Positions 41,861 through 54,200 of a DNA stretch of 64,000 bases are shown piece by piece. Source of the DNA: Epiperipatus broadwayi (taxonomy: Eukaryota > Animalia > Onychophora); NCBI GenBank assembly GCA_028023455.1, contig JAQFVV010000001.1, positions 2,604,001-2,668,000 on the forward strand. The letters are read 5' to 3'. Position 1 is the first letter of the stretch. Each line of letters opens with the position of its first letter. The notes below the pieces were generated by a model that saw only the letters and a program-made list of their open reading frames with translations, was not told the origin of the DNA and did not search any database. Both the position numbers and the translations under genes were made by a program.

Positions 41861-43959
41861 TATATAATCAAAATGAAAATAAAGTACACTCTCATGAGTT
41901 ATGATTAAAAATGGAAGCGACCTCTTTTGTTTGCTATTTTGATAATTCAAACTAAAAATAATATTTTAGTCAGATGTAAATATAGTATTACTAATTTTGA
42001 TTTTATAATCAATTAAACAAAATATAAAAACTGAATCTCACCCTTAATAACTTTTCTGCTAATAATCAAGTAGAAGTCAACAATCATGAGTATCAGATAA
42101 GTTTAGAGAATAGACAGGTCTATTTTACTTCTTATAATTTGCTGATATTTTGTGTGTGTTTGTGTAAATAGTAAAACAGTCTTTACTAAGCAGGTAAAGA
42201 CTTCCCCAACAATTAGGGAGTCAGTGAAGAAGTCATTATTTTCTTGTCTTGTAAACTGCTTGGTGGTTAGAGTTTAATTATTTCCCCAATTTGTTGTACT
42301 TTCTAACCAAAAATATCTAGATATCTATTTACCAAAACAATATTGGATACTTGTGTAAGTGGTATATGGACAACTACTTGTAAGAAAAATTATAAGCCTG
42401 ATATAATACTGTCGCACCATGAACCTCTTAAATATAAATTATATGAGTTACATCAAATATTTGTGAATTTCATGATAAAAAAAAGAAAAGATAAAAAAAC
42501 TCAGTGTTTTTTAAAAGTGTCATATACTTTTGAAATATAATTATTCATCATAAAAGATCCATATCCTTTGTAAAATCTAATTGCCTTTAGTTCCATTTAT
42601 TTTTATTCTTTTACTATTCATTTTAGTTTGTGAATAATTTCAGTAAAATTGTCATTCAGTGTTTTATAAAGTCATTCTATTATACATCCTTACCGGTGAT
42701 AATTTTTCAGTACTATCATATCTCACATTTTGATAAATATTTTTCAGAACTGGCAGTGTCCTTAATATACTACTGAAGAAATGATTTTTTTTATAATGTA
42801 CAAATTCAATTCAAAATTGCAATTTAGAGACCTCATTGGCCCATACTATAACATTTCTCAATACTTAAATGCTACTGTGTTAAAATTATTTTAAAATTCA
42901 TATTGTTTTTTTAATTGCCTTGAGTTCAATGTTTTCTACAGGTAATTTGTAATGATCTTAGTTATAAATTTTATATAAGAGTAATGCAAGACTGATAAAT
43001 TATGTAATTTTTAATATCTTTCTTTCACCTTTTTAAAATATTGATATCTCAATTTTACAAGAACTTTAGTATTACAGCTTTGATAATTATGTTTTCATTC
43101 ATTCTTTCAAAATATCTATAATGGATACACTATTTGTGGTGTTTTTTCATTCTTGATAGAATATTTGGTATTTCAAAAGATATCATAATATTACTGAGGT
43201 TTTTTTGTTCTTTATTAATATATAGTTTTTTTTATAGAATTATTTCATATTCTTTATAATGTCATCTCTCCTTTAATAATAATGCTATTTTTAACCCTTT
43301 TGAAATAATAACTTTCCTTTCAATAACAAAATGTTGCCTATATTAGTGAGATTTTTATTCTCTGCTATATTTTTCTTTGCCATTTTACATTCTTAATTCT
43401 TTTCTATACCATTTTGAAATTTCAAATATTTGGGTTTTTTTCTTTAAGGATATCATTTTTTTAAAATGATAGTCTCAATTGACTATAAGTTGTACCAATT
43501 ATTTGTATATTTCTTATTTAAAGTTTGACTAATCATCAATAATAATATAAAAAAAGAACTTACAGTTTAGTTTGAAATATTAAATCCTAACTTTTTTAAT
43601 AAATTTTATCTCTCTAGTTTTGTATTAACATATCTTACATTTAACTAAATGTTGACTTCTTTGTATATTGAATTACTGAATATATATCATTAAAAACCAG
43701 TCAACACTTAGACAATTCCAATATCAATAACAATCGATAATTTCAAATTGTTGTCAAGGCAACCTCCTTTTAACAATGTAAATCTATCAACATTACTTTT
43801 ATTTATACTGTCTATAAAAAAATTACAATCTTACATATATTAATCTTAGATGAAAAATCAATTAACCTCTCAATCAAAACTGATATCATCACTTGCTTAG
43901 AAGAATAAATTGAAATCATTTTCAACACAACTATTCTATTAAAACAAACTCACAACAGT

Positions 43960-44153
43960 CAATTTGATATTAAAATTTGAACTATTTAATATCACATTAA
44001 ATACAAAATTCAGTTTCTATCACAATGCCCAATTTGATATTAAAATTTGAACATGGACTAAAGTTTGAACATGAGAAATTTACATTTTAATATCAAATTG
44101 AACATTGAGAGTTTATTTAAATAGAAACTGAATTACAATGTTTAATTTGATAT
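43960..44153. repeat. Imperfect fold-back with an internal direct repeat
   Basis: CAATTTGATATTAAAATTTGAAC at ~43960 and ~44030; inverted TTTAATATCAAATTG at ~44086; TTCAGTTTCTAT versus ATAGAAACTGAA. Confidence 0.6.
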
Positions 44154-44645
44154 CAGCAGGTCTCCCAAGCAGTTATTGACATCAGGTTTGATTGACTGGA
44201 ACATATGTTCTGCAAGAACTTAATTAATTTCATCAAATGTTATTGTATAGAAGATTGTAAATTTCTCCAGAGATTATAAATAAAAAAAATATTAATACAT
44301 TATATATATAATTATATTTTATGAGAATGTGCGAACAATTAATAATTATTATTGCATTAATATTTGAAATTTCTAATCAGTCTTTTGATGCAGTCCATTT
44401 TTATCAAAGCTAGATTAGAATTGCAAGGAAATCAAGTCATACATCATGTGATGTTATATTGCTGAAGCTATTAGTATAGATATATCTGAACTTAGTTCAG
44501 TCTTATATGGCTACTTAAGTCAGATATCTAGATTTTAAGAAATACAGATGACTGAAAATTTCAGAATTTCTACTTAATAGTTAACCATTAAATAAATGTT
44601 GAACTAGATGGGTATTGTTATATCTAATGTCTGAATATCCTAGTG

Positions 44646-44685
44646 CCTCACTGAAAACAGCTAGCATCTAGAAACCGGTCTGATG
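44646..44685 (+). ncRNA. Degenerate minimal type I hammerhead ribozyme, second family
   Basis: CCTCA-CTGAAAA-CAGCTAGCATCTA-GAAACCGGTC-TGATG: stem I CCUCA/UGAUG, palindromic helix III ACCGGU, G8 and stem II damaged. Confidence 0.5.
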
Positions 44686-45599
44686 ATAGGGCTATTTGGA
44701 AAAGCTTGTTAAGAGCTATTCATGCTCATTATATAACATAAGCTAGACTAATATTCATTATAATACTTACACATTATAATTTAAAATATGAGTTCTTGTT
44801 AAGCAGTTTGCTATAGCTTTTACAATAATGGTATGTTTGCATTAATTATTTGCTGAACCTTTTTGTTTTATATTTTTTATTGCTTCTCTTCAGCCAAATG
44901 ATTTTGGTATTCACGTGTTCAATCAAACAACTAGTCTCTTGCTCATGTTAAAAAAAAAAGCCTAGAAATATATATATTGTTTTAGCCATAGATGACAATG
45001 TTTTTCTATTTTGGTATGTAAATTTGCAGCAGTCACAATAATATATATCTATATTATTTGAGCATGATACAGACATTGATCATTTGATTGAATGTACTGA
45101 TATAAAAATCATTTGTTTGGGGAGAACTAATAAAAAACATAAACTAAAAGAGTATTGATATATGATTAATGCAAAGCTTACCATTAATGTAAAGTCAAAA
45201 AGTATTTTGATCTACAAAAATTATTTTAATTTATAATGAGAATAAGTAAAGATTTGCTATAAAAAATTTTAGTCTAGATTTTACCAAAAATGAACTGTAT
45301 TGAAAGTCTGGCATAGCAATTTTATATATTAATTATTAATTGCCCATATTTTGTTATGGAATATAATTTTATATTTTACTATAATTTGTGTTTTGTTTTA
45401 CGTATATACAGTTATCTAAAATGCAATTTATCTCTGTTTTTATTTGGATGTTTCTCTGTCCAGTTCCTTTTTGAATTTTTTTTCCCTTGGATAAAAATAA
45501 ATAAATAAATAAAAAGTAAGAATTCATTAATATATAGTTTTTGTTTTTCTACATACCCCACATATCTATATTTTTTTTAACATTTCTATATCGATATAC

Positions 45600-46560
45600 A
45601 AATTCACTCATAGCACTTTCATATTTTAAATATATTTGTCTTAACATTAACATTTCTTTCTTTACTGTAATGAACTATTTTCCTTCTGTTACTAATTGTA
45701 AAAATATTAAAATCAACATGTGTGATATTTCTTAACAGAAATAATTCAAATGTAATGCTATATAAATTTAAATAATATCCAAGTGCTTTCCACACTGACA
45801 TGTTCTTATCAAGGCAACTAATTTAAAGAACTAGTTTTCTTAATTATTTTATCAAGTATGTTCTTGAGTTTTGCCTTAATAAAGACTGGTGCAAGGGATT
45901 GAATATTATTTGAATTTATATTTAATATTGTTTTTAAATTATCTCTTTTAAGAACAACAGATGTATTGGTTTTAATATTTTTTTTGTTTACTTTAAAGTG
46001 GTGTTTGTTTTGATTGAAAACATTCTGTATAATTATATGAACATCCTCAGCTTTTTTCATCAGAATGAGAACTTGCTGGGGTATAAATCTGAATGTGGTA
46101 TTTTTCCTTAAGCTCACTAATTGGTCTTATTAATCTAGTAGATAAAGTATCAATGTTGTATTTATAATGTACCCTATTCTATTTGTGGTTTTAATATTTG
46201 TATCTGTATAATAATATACACATTGTATTTTGAATTTGTCTCTTGTTGTCTGCTTCTTTTAACACTAGTTTTTCTAAATCATGCAGTCTTTTTTTAATTT
46301 GAAAGTGATTTAAAGTTCTAGATAGCCAACTAGTTTTATAATCTCATTTTTAATACATTTTACCCTATCTGATAATATTTGCACCGCTGAGATATGAGAA
46401 TCAATTAATTTTTGTCTGTCATAAAAGTAAATATAGATAAGAGCAATTTCGCAACAACACATACATGCCTTGCAATCAAAAATGCAGTCAATGTCTGAGT
46501 TAAGAACCATTAGACATCTAAAAAAGGATTAACAGATGTTTTTAGGGAGGGTTTAAATTT
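45600..46560 (-). mobile_element. Highly decayed Penelope-like relic
   Basis: PFLDV, ISAVQILSDRVKCI (compare K.SV..L..RA..I), RTCQCGKH (compare IPC.CGK.YIG), ITHVDFNIFTI; motifs weak and frameshifted. Confidence 0.35.
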
Positions 46561-49232
46561 AATACTAAAAACCAATAAACTCACAGTATGGGCTATGTGT
46601 GTTGAAACAGCCCATTCATGAGAACAATCCTATAGCAACAATAGTTACAGAAATAAAAATGCCTGAATGGATATTATGAATTTATCCTGCATGGTTTCTT
46701 TTAAGCTTTTGAGAGGAATCAAGGATTGTAATACATGAGTGAAAAACAATCGATTTTATCATTAACAATAATAATCTATTCTCATTTTGTTTTTTTATAT
46801 TGTTCTTGATTTAAGAAATTTCTGAAATCATAATAAAAAAAAATCAATAGACATTTACGCAAAAAGACACATACATATACATATGAATGTGTATGCATTT
46901 TTAATATATAAGGTGTTTTTAAGTAATTTTTTCATCTATTTGAATTAGTCATTATTGACAAGGGATTTTTTTTAAATCATACTGGCTCTTAGCAGAGCAT
47001 GAGTCAAAATTATTCAAATTGCTATATTATTTGCGCACTTTTAGAAATAATATAATTGAATTAAAAGTATGGCTGAGAATTTCCAATTATGATGATGATA
47101 AATAGTAACTTATATTCTGTAAAAAAAAAAAAAACAGCAAAAAATTTTTATTGTTAGAATTAAACACGTCCAAATTGAAGATTTTTGAACACATATAAGA
47201 TGCTCCAAGAACTCTATTATTTAAAAAAGTTGATAATAAAAAGGGAAGAAGATAACACTATCATAATGAACATAACTTTGAGAAGCCTGAAAACCTCGAA
47301 GACATGACATCTTCATGATCTAAACATATAACATGTATAATATTAATTTAAAGTGCACACAAAAGATATATTAAATAATTATATAAAGAAAAATAAGGGG
47401 AAATGGTTGTACTACATTATAAATGGGATCTCTAAGTGGCTTAATGCTGTGGTAGAGTTTGAGCCTCAAGTTTCATGGAACAGACTTTAGCTCTGTTATT
47501 ACTGGTGCTCAAGCTTTTTATGACTTCAAACAATAAATCATTTGATTATTTTTAAGAAAGCCTACGACTACAGAAACTCTGGAATTAGCTTTGCTGGAGT
47601 ATAGTAACAGCATTTTCTGTCACTGCACTTGACTTATATTTAGCATTTTTTTTATTTTATGAGCATATACTTGTATATGTATGTGCGTTTATAAATAAAA
47701 TACTTCATTTACCAAAGTTGAAAGATCTGCTTTTATATTGAAAATATTGATAGAATTAGACTTTTTAAATATATTTTATTTAGTTATCTAAAAAAATTCC
47801 AATTTTAATATTAATCCTATAATAATAAAAGAGAAAAAGAAACCAACTATAAGGAACAAAATATTTTCACAAAGATTTGGGAAGAAAAATAAACATTTTG
47901 ACATTTTTTTGTTTATTATTAAATGGTGTGATTGATCTTCTTTGTTCTCTGTTTTCACTCCAAGTGTTAAATGCTGTGCTTAATTTTTCTATGTAGATGT
48001 TTTCTTTTCTTTATTCATTTTTAACCATGTGTGTAAAAGTATGATTTTTATATCAAAGATTAAACTGATTATTTAATAATTATGATGATACTTCTACAAA
48101 CATATATATATATCAGTTTCCGTCAACAATTATCTTATTAACCAATATTTATATGATATATATATATTGGGGGGCAATATACATAATTATAATTTAAGTT
48201 CAGATATAATGAATGAAATAAATTGAATTACGAAAATAATTCTATGATCTGATGTAAACTATGTGATGTTGATATTTGAGTAGAACGTCAAATGGAGCAA
48301 ATTGATCCATTTAGAAGATCAAATTGAAAACAATTTTTTTTTAAATTTACTAAGCTGAAAATTAATTCAGAAACCTTTAGCTCATCAGTTGACACTTTTA
48401 ATAATGTACTAAATCACAAAAGGCAATATACTCTATTGAAAATAAAACAAAAACAACTATCATATATATATTGATCAAAATTTTAAATTCGATCATAGTT
48501 TATATATTCAATAATAGCAATAATTTGATCTTTGTAGTCTTCAGAGTCATGTGTTGTAAGTTTGAATAAATAATACACATTAGATGATTATTTTATACTT
48601 TATTTTTTTAAAAACGATAATTATTTTACACATAAAAAATAAAATTGTTACACAGTTGTGGTTGATATGTAAATGACATGAAAAATATACTAACAGGAAA
48701 TCAATAGATAGATAGCTCATTATATTAATAATTTTTATTAGTCATTTATTAAACTAGAGATTATTCAATAAATATTTCTGCAGTGTAATTTTCACTACCC
48801 CTCACGCAAAGTAGGGACTGGTTTTTAATCTGTTTTTAACACCTTAAGGAAGATTGTAATTATAAACATATGACCAAAGACATCTCCAAGATGCAGATTA
48901 CTTGCTGAACCAACACTTATTAGTTGGACCAGAGCACAATCTCTTACACATATCTTTCTCATTATTAGTGTGTACAGATGGAAAATTACTATAGTTTAAT
49001 TGATGTGTCAACCCTATTAAACTGTAGTAATCTTAATGCTACCATACATATGCACGTACATAAATAAATGTCACAACAAACTATGTATAAAATTAAGAAG
49101 TTGTGCCATCTAAATTATAAAATCCTTGTTAATAAGGAGATACAAAGAATGTATTCACTTTTCATGTCATTGATATTTTAAATAGATTATATTCAGTACA
49201 ATGTAAATAAATCAAAGGGTTACTGTTTTTAT

Positions 49233-50327
49233 CATATTTAAATACAAGTATAGTATATAACTTTAAGCTAGATGTAAATTAGAGGGGATTTGAATTCAGA
49301 CTTTCAAGTTCCCTTCAGTCATCCACTCCATTTTATACAATCAGTACATATGCCCACATACATGTGAAAAAGATAACTGATATATGTTTTGTACTGAACC
49401 AGCATTCATCAGTTGGTTCAAATCATTATTTTCCACATATATATAGAATCAGTGCTTGGTTTATATTAAGATAGCAAATTTTCAAACTTTAATAATCAGG
49501 TTTCAGTCTTCTCTACTGTTTAATTCTTCAGCCATACATATCTTTAAAAATCTGATGATGGCAAGTTCAATGCCCTAGTTTGCCACTTTTGTTGTCACAT
49601 TCATGTTAACCATAAGTCATTCTGAACCTCATATGTAGAACTTTTAAATCTATTCAAATACATGGAAGAGGGATGGGAAGAATACAGGCTAAGTTTGTAA
49701 TATTTAAATACAAGCATAAGAATATACTTTAAGTATATGTGTGGGAGATGATGATCCAGACCATCTGATGAGTGCTAGTTCAGCATGAAATATATATATA
49801 TATTATTTTTTTCACATATATATGGTCATATGTATAAGTTGTATAAGAGAGAGTGGATGACTAAAGGGAGTTTGAAAGTTTGTGTTCAAATTCTTTCTAA
49901 TTACATCTAGCTAAAAGTATATACTATACTTGTATTTTAAATATTACAAATCTAACCTGTATTGAGGGGTCAGAAAGACTTATGGTCAACATGGGTATGA
50001 CAACAAAATTGGCAAACAAGAACTTTGAACTTGTCACCATCAGGTTTTCAGTGATAGGGATGGCAAAAGTGTTGGAGAGTGGGAAAGATCAAAGTATACC
50101 CATTAAAGTTTGAAGATTTGCTATCTTAATATAAACTGAGCACTGATTATATATATATGCATGGAAGATAATGATCTGGACCAACTGATGAGTGCTGGTT
50201 CAACATGAAATATGGGTATTGGAGATCATTTATCTTTTTCACATGTATGTGGTCATGTGTCTCAGTTGCATATGATGGAGTGGTTGACTAAAGGAAGCTT
50301 GAAAGCCTGGGTTCCAATCCTCTCTAA
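49233..50327. mobile_element. Fold-back plus tandem arrangement of the HHR-bearing repeat, locus 3 (three copies)
   Basis: Reverse arm ~49233-49630, forward partial copy ~49735-49950, forward arm ~49964-50327; HHR motifs at ~49377-49417 (-), ~49760-49800 (+) and 50180-50223 (+). Confidence 0.85.
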
Positions 50328-51224
50328 GTTTTTATCAATAAATCTTTTATTTACATTTTAAAAGCAATCCAAATATGTATAACTGGAATCATATAAACAA
50401 ATACCATAACAAACTACTTATAAAATTATCAAGCTGTATTATCTATATTATAAACTACTTTTCATATACCGATAAAATTGTGAATAGACACCTGTTTATA
50501 TATGTAAGTATAATTAAATAAACAACAGAACACAAAAATATATTTAAATAAATTGAGCTTATATAAATTCTAATTGAAGATTTCCAAGAATGTGATTAGA
50601 GCCTGCACCAACTCAATTTATTATATATACATATATTAATTTGTGCATTAATATAAATGCTTCTTACCCAAAACTTCAAAATTTCTTATTATTATTTTAA
50701 TTCTAAGTGGTACTTACTTCACTTTTAAATTGTAAAACAGGACAGCATGATGATCCTGGTGGTGCTTTTTTGAAAGTATGCTTAGTGCAATATACATTTT
50801 AAAATGAAAATTTATTTTTTCTTAATACTTTTTTGCAAAGAATTTATAATACTTTTTTAATGTGTTATTAGTGTATAATATCTTTTTCAAAAGGTAAGGC
50901 TTAGAATAACAATAAGTTAGATTGCTAAATGGCTTATAGAAAATAATAATTTAAATTTATTTGGGAATGGCCAGACTGCATTTAATTGAACACTGTTGAA
51001 TAATTTTAGGTTTATTAGTGAGTCTATACTATTAATATTTCATATTTTCTATCAACACAATGACTCTATTTATATATTTTTTGATGTTATCTCCCTTTTC
51101 TTTCTTATTTCAACTATATCTATTTTTTAATTTGCATATAATCTAAATATATTCATTCTGTGGTCACTCAGATTGACCAAAATATGACTTCAAAATGTCG
51201 GTGTTATATGTACCCCATATCTCT

Positions 51225-54200
51225 CCTTCTATGTCTATTCAGAGTGTGTTTGGATCTGATTGTTTCATAATGGTGAACAGTCCTGCATATGGGTAGTAAA
51301 ATTTTTGGTACTTGTTTTCCTGTTGCTTCTTAAATGGGGTGTTTTTATAGAAACCTTTCCTCCTATCTTAAAATTTATGTGGATTTTTTTATTGCTTTTA
51401 TTCCTTTGCTCAGCCCTATCCAGGAGCTGCTTAGATGCTGTTTGTATATCCTTTTCTCTATCACTTTCAGTATGTTTAACCATGGGTTGATATCTCATGA
51501 ATAGCTTAGATATAGGCTGATTAAAATGTAGTTTAATGGGCATGAATCCAGTCAATTCATTTATGCTTGAGATGATATAACTGACTACACATTCCATTTG
51601 CTTTACCCACCCCTTATGTTTATTCTCTAAATAAGTCTTAAACAAACATCCCATCTCCTGCATTATATGTTTGCATGCGTTCAACAGTGGATTCCTAATG
51701 AATATCAGCACTGGCTTTCCTATCATCATAAATTAGAGGGCATCTAATACCTTGATCGTATGTCTGATATTATCTTGGGGTAGTTGATAAATGGAAACAT
51801 ACTTAGAAAAGAGATTGACACAATCAGCAAGTATTTTTGTTTAATGAATGAGGGCAATGGCCCATGATAATCAGTTACTAAAATCTCATTTGGTCAGTTC
51901 CTAAAATCTCATTTTCTCTTTCTAGTAAAAAAGGATTTTAGGGTGTTACTGTAATTTTGGTTCACCAGCTTGCCTTGCAAGCATACTAAACAATCTCGAA
52001 GCAATCTCAAGATGTCTCTATACATTCTTGGTCAGTAGAAACAGTTCTTCACTGTATGCTTCTTCACTGTGTGTTCTGTTTGTGGACACCATAGTATCTG
52101 TATGAACAGTGTATATACTTTATGAGTGGATTCACAATGTTTTAGATATTACTAGCCTATACTCATCTGTATCTATATTTACTCTATATAGTAAGACATT
52201 TTCCTCTAGCTTAAAACAACTAAGATCTTTTGGCATTTCAAAACTTTATCTCCTCTTAAAATTTTAATGATTGGTTTGAGATTTGGGTCCTTAGACTGTA
52301 CTTTGGGTAGATTCTCTAAATCATTCTCTACATTATTATCAATCATTATATTGATATTAATAATGTAGGCCTTATCTACCAATAAGTAGTTCTGTTCTAA
52401 CTTACATGGATTTTGACTAAGCATGTCAAGCATGTCAGCCACAATGTTCTTGAATTCCTATAATATTTGCACTATGTAATTGAATTCCATTAACAGCTGT
52501 CTTAATCTGACTTGATGACTGTTGGTCAGGTAGCTTTGATTCAGGATTTCAAGACTTTTGTGGTTAGTGATCACTATCACTTCTGATCGAAGAAGTATCT
52601 GTTCAAATTTTTGGGAATGCCCACACTATTGCTAATGCTTCCTTCTTCATAATTATGTAATTTATTTTTGGACCCTTCAGGAGCCAGATGATGAAGTAGT
52701 GGACTCCAGATTGGCCCTCCTCCTGGATCTGGGATAAAAATACTCCTAATCCATAACCACTACTGTCTGTTTGGACAATGAGTAGTTTATTAAAAATCAG
52801 GTAAGGCTAAGATTGTTTCCTATAAGAACCCTGTTTTAATATTTGAAAATGCCTTGTTCTGCTCTTCAGTCCAGTTTTATTGCTCATCATTCCTAATGGG
52901 CCTTAGCAACAATTCCTTATGGTCAAAGAACTTCTGGTAAAAACAATTGTAGAAATTGTACAGCCCTAAAAATAATCAAATTTTGTTTTCTATTGGTGGT
53001 TTTAGGAAAGTTCTGAATGGCATTGATCTTATCTAAATGAGATCTTATCCCATTGAAACCAATGATGTGATCCAAGAAGACTACTTGATTGCAAACTAAT
53101 GTATTCTTCTTGAAGTTGACCTTTATCCCTTTTTATAGCACTCCTCAAAGAATAGAGTGAGGTGTTGAAGCTGTTCTCCAAACATGACAGATGCAATTGT
53201 TACATTATCCACATAAATGTTTGTGATCTGTTTGACCTTAAAAGATAAGGTTTTATATAAACATCTTATTAGACTGGCACTACTATTGATTCAATCCAAA
53301 AGGCATCCATTTAAAGTGATAGGTAAAACTCATATCAGAAGGCAATGTATTGATGATCTTCTGGATGGAGTTAAATCTGCTAATAGCTGGAGGTTAGACC
53401 AAAAGTGGAAAACACTTTATTTCCAAATTTCAATAATGAATGTATGGGTGGTGGGATGTTCCTACCAGGAATGGTAATTTTGTTTAGCTAGCATCCAAAA
53501 AAATCTCATTGACCCATCTTTTTTCTTCATAGGTACAACTGTTTGTTACAGCAAGGTGGATAACATTTGAAAATGATCCCCCCAATCTAGCATTTTGTTA
53601 ATCTGCTTGAATATCTCTTCTTGATACTGATAAGGAATACTACAATTTGGATTGGGATGGTCATGGACTAATTACTCTCTATTATTCCTGGTATTTCTGA
53701 GAATATTGGATTAAATTCATTGATAACTAACTGCAATTTTAGTGTATCCTTATTCGCAAGTAGATTGGATTCTGTGATTTTGTTTTTATGTGTACCTCTA
53801 GAATGGTATATATTATAGAGTCAACTTCAGGTAGGTCATACCGCAGAACAATGTCATCTCCAAAGTTCTTATTATTTATTCTGACTGTCTTATCAGAGAA
53901 ATCAATAACACAAGCTCTCATGTAGGAAGTCTGTCCCAGGATGATTTCATGTATTAGGCCAAACACATGATGGAGAATTGTTTGGAGAATGGTTTGGCCT
54001 ATATTTTTATTTGAACCCATGTAAGTTTCTGTGCTAGCTTAGCCTTCTTGCTGTTATCCATGGTAACTTGAATTTATTTCAATGGTAGGATTTTAACATT
54101 GGATGTTTTTGGTCAGAATGTCACAATAGAATTGATCTGACACCACTGATATCTGGCTATCAGAATCTAACAAAGCTTTAACCATCAAATCCCCAAACTA

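Noticed and set aside
49545-49600. CTGATGATGGCAAG...TTTGCCA on the strand opposite the family HHR
   Set aside because: The stem is not followed by GAAA in any copy, so not a second hammerhead.
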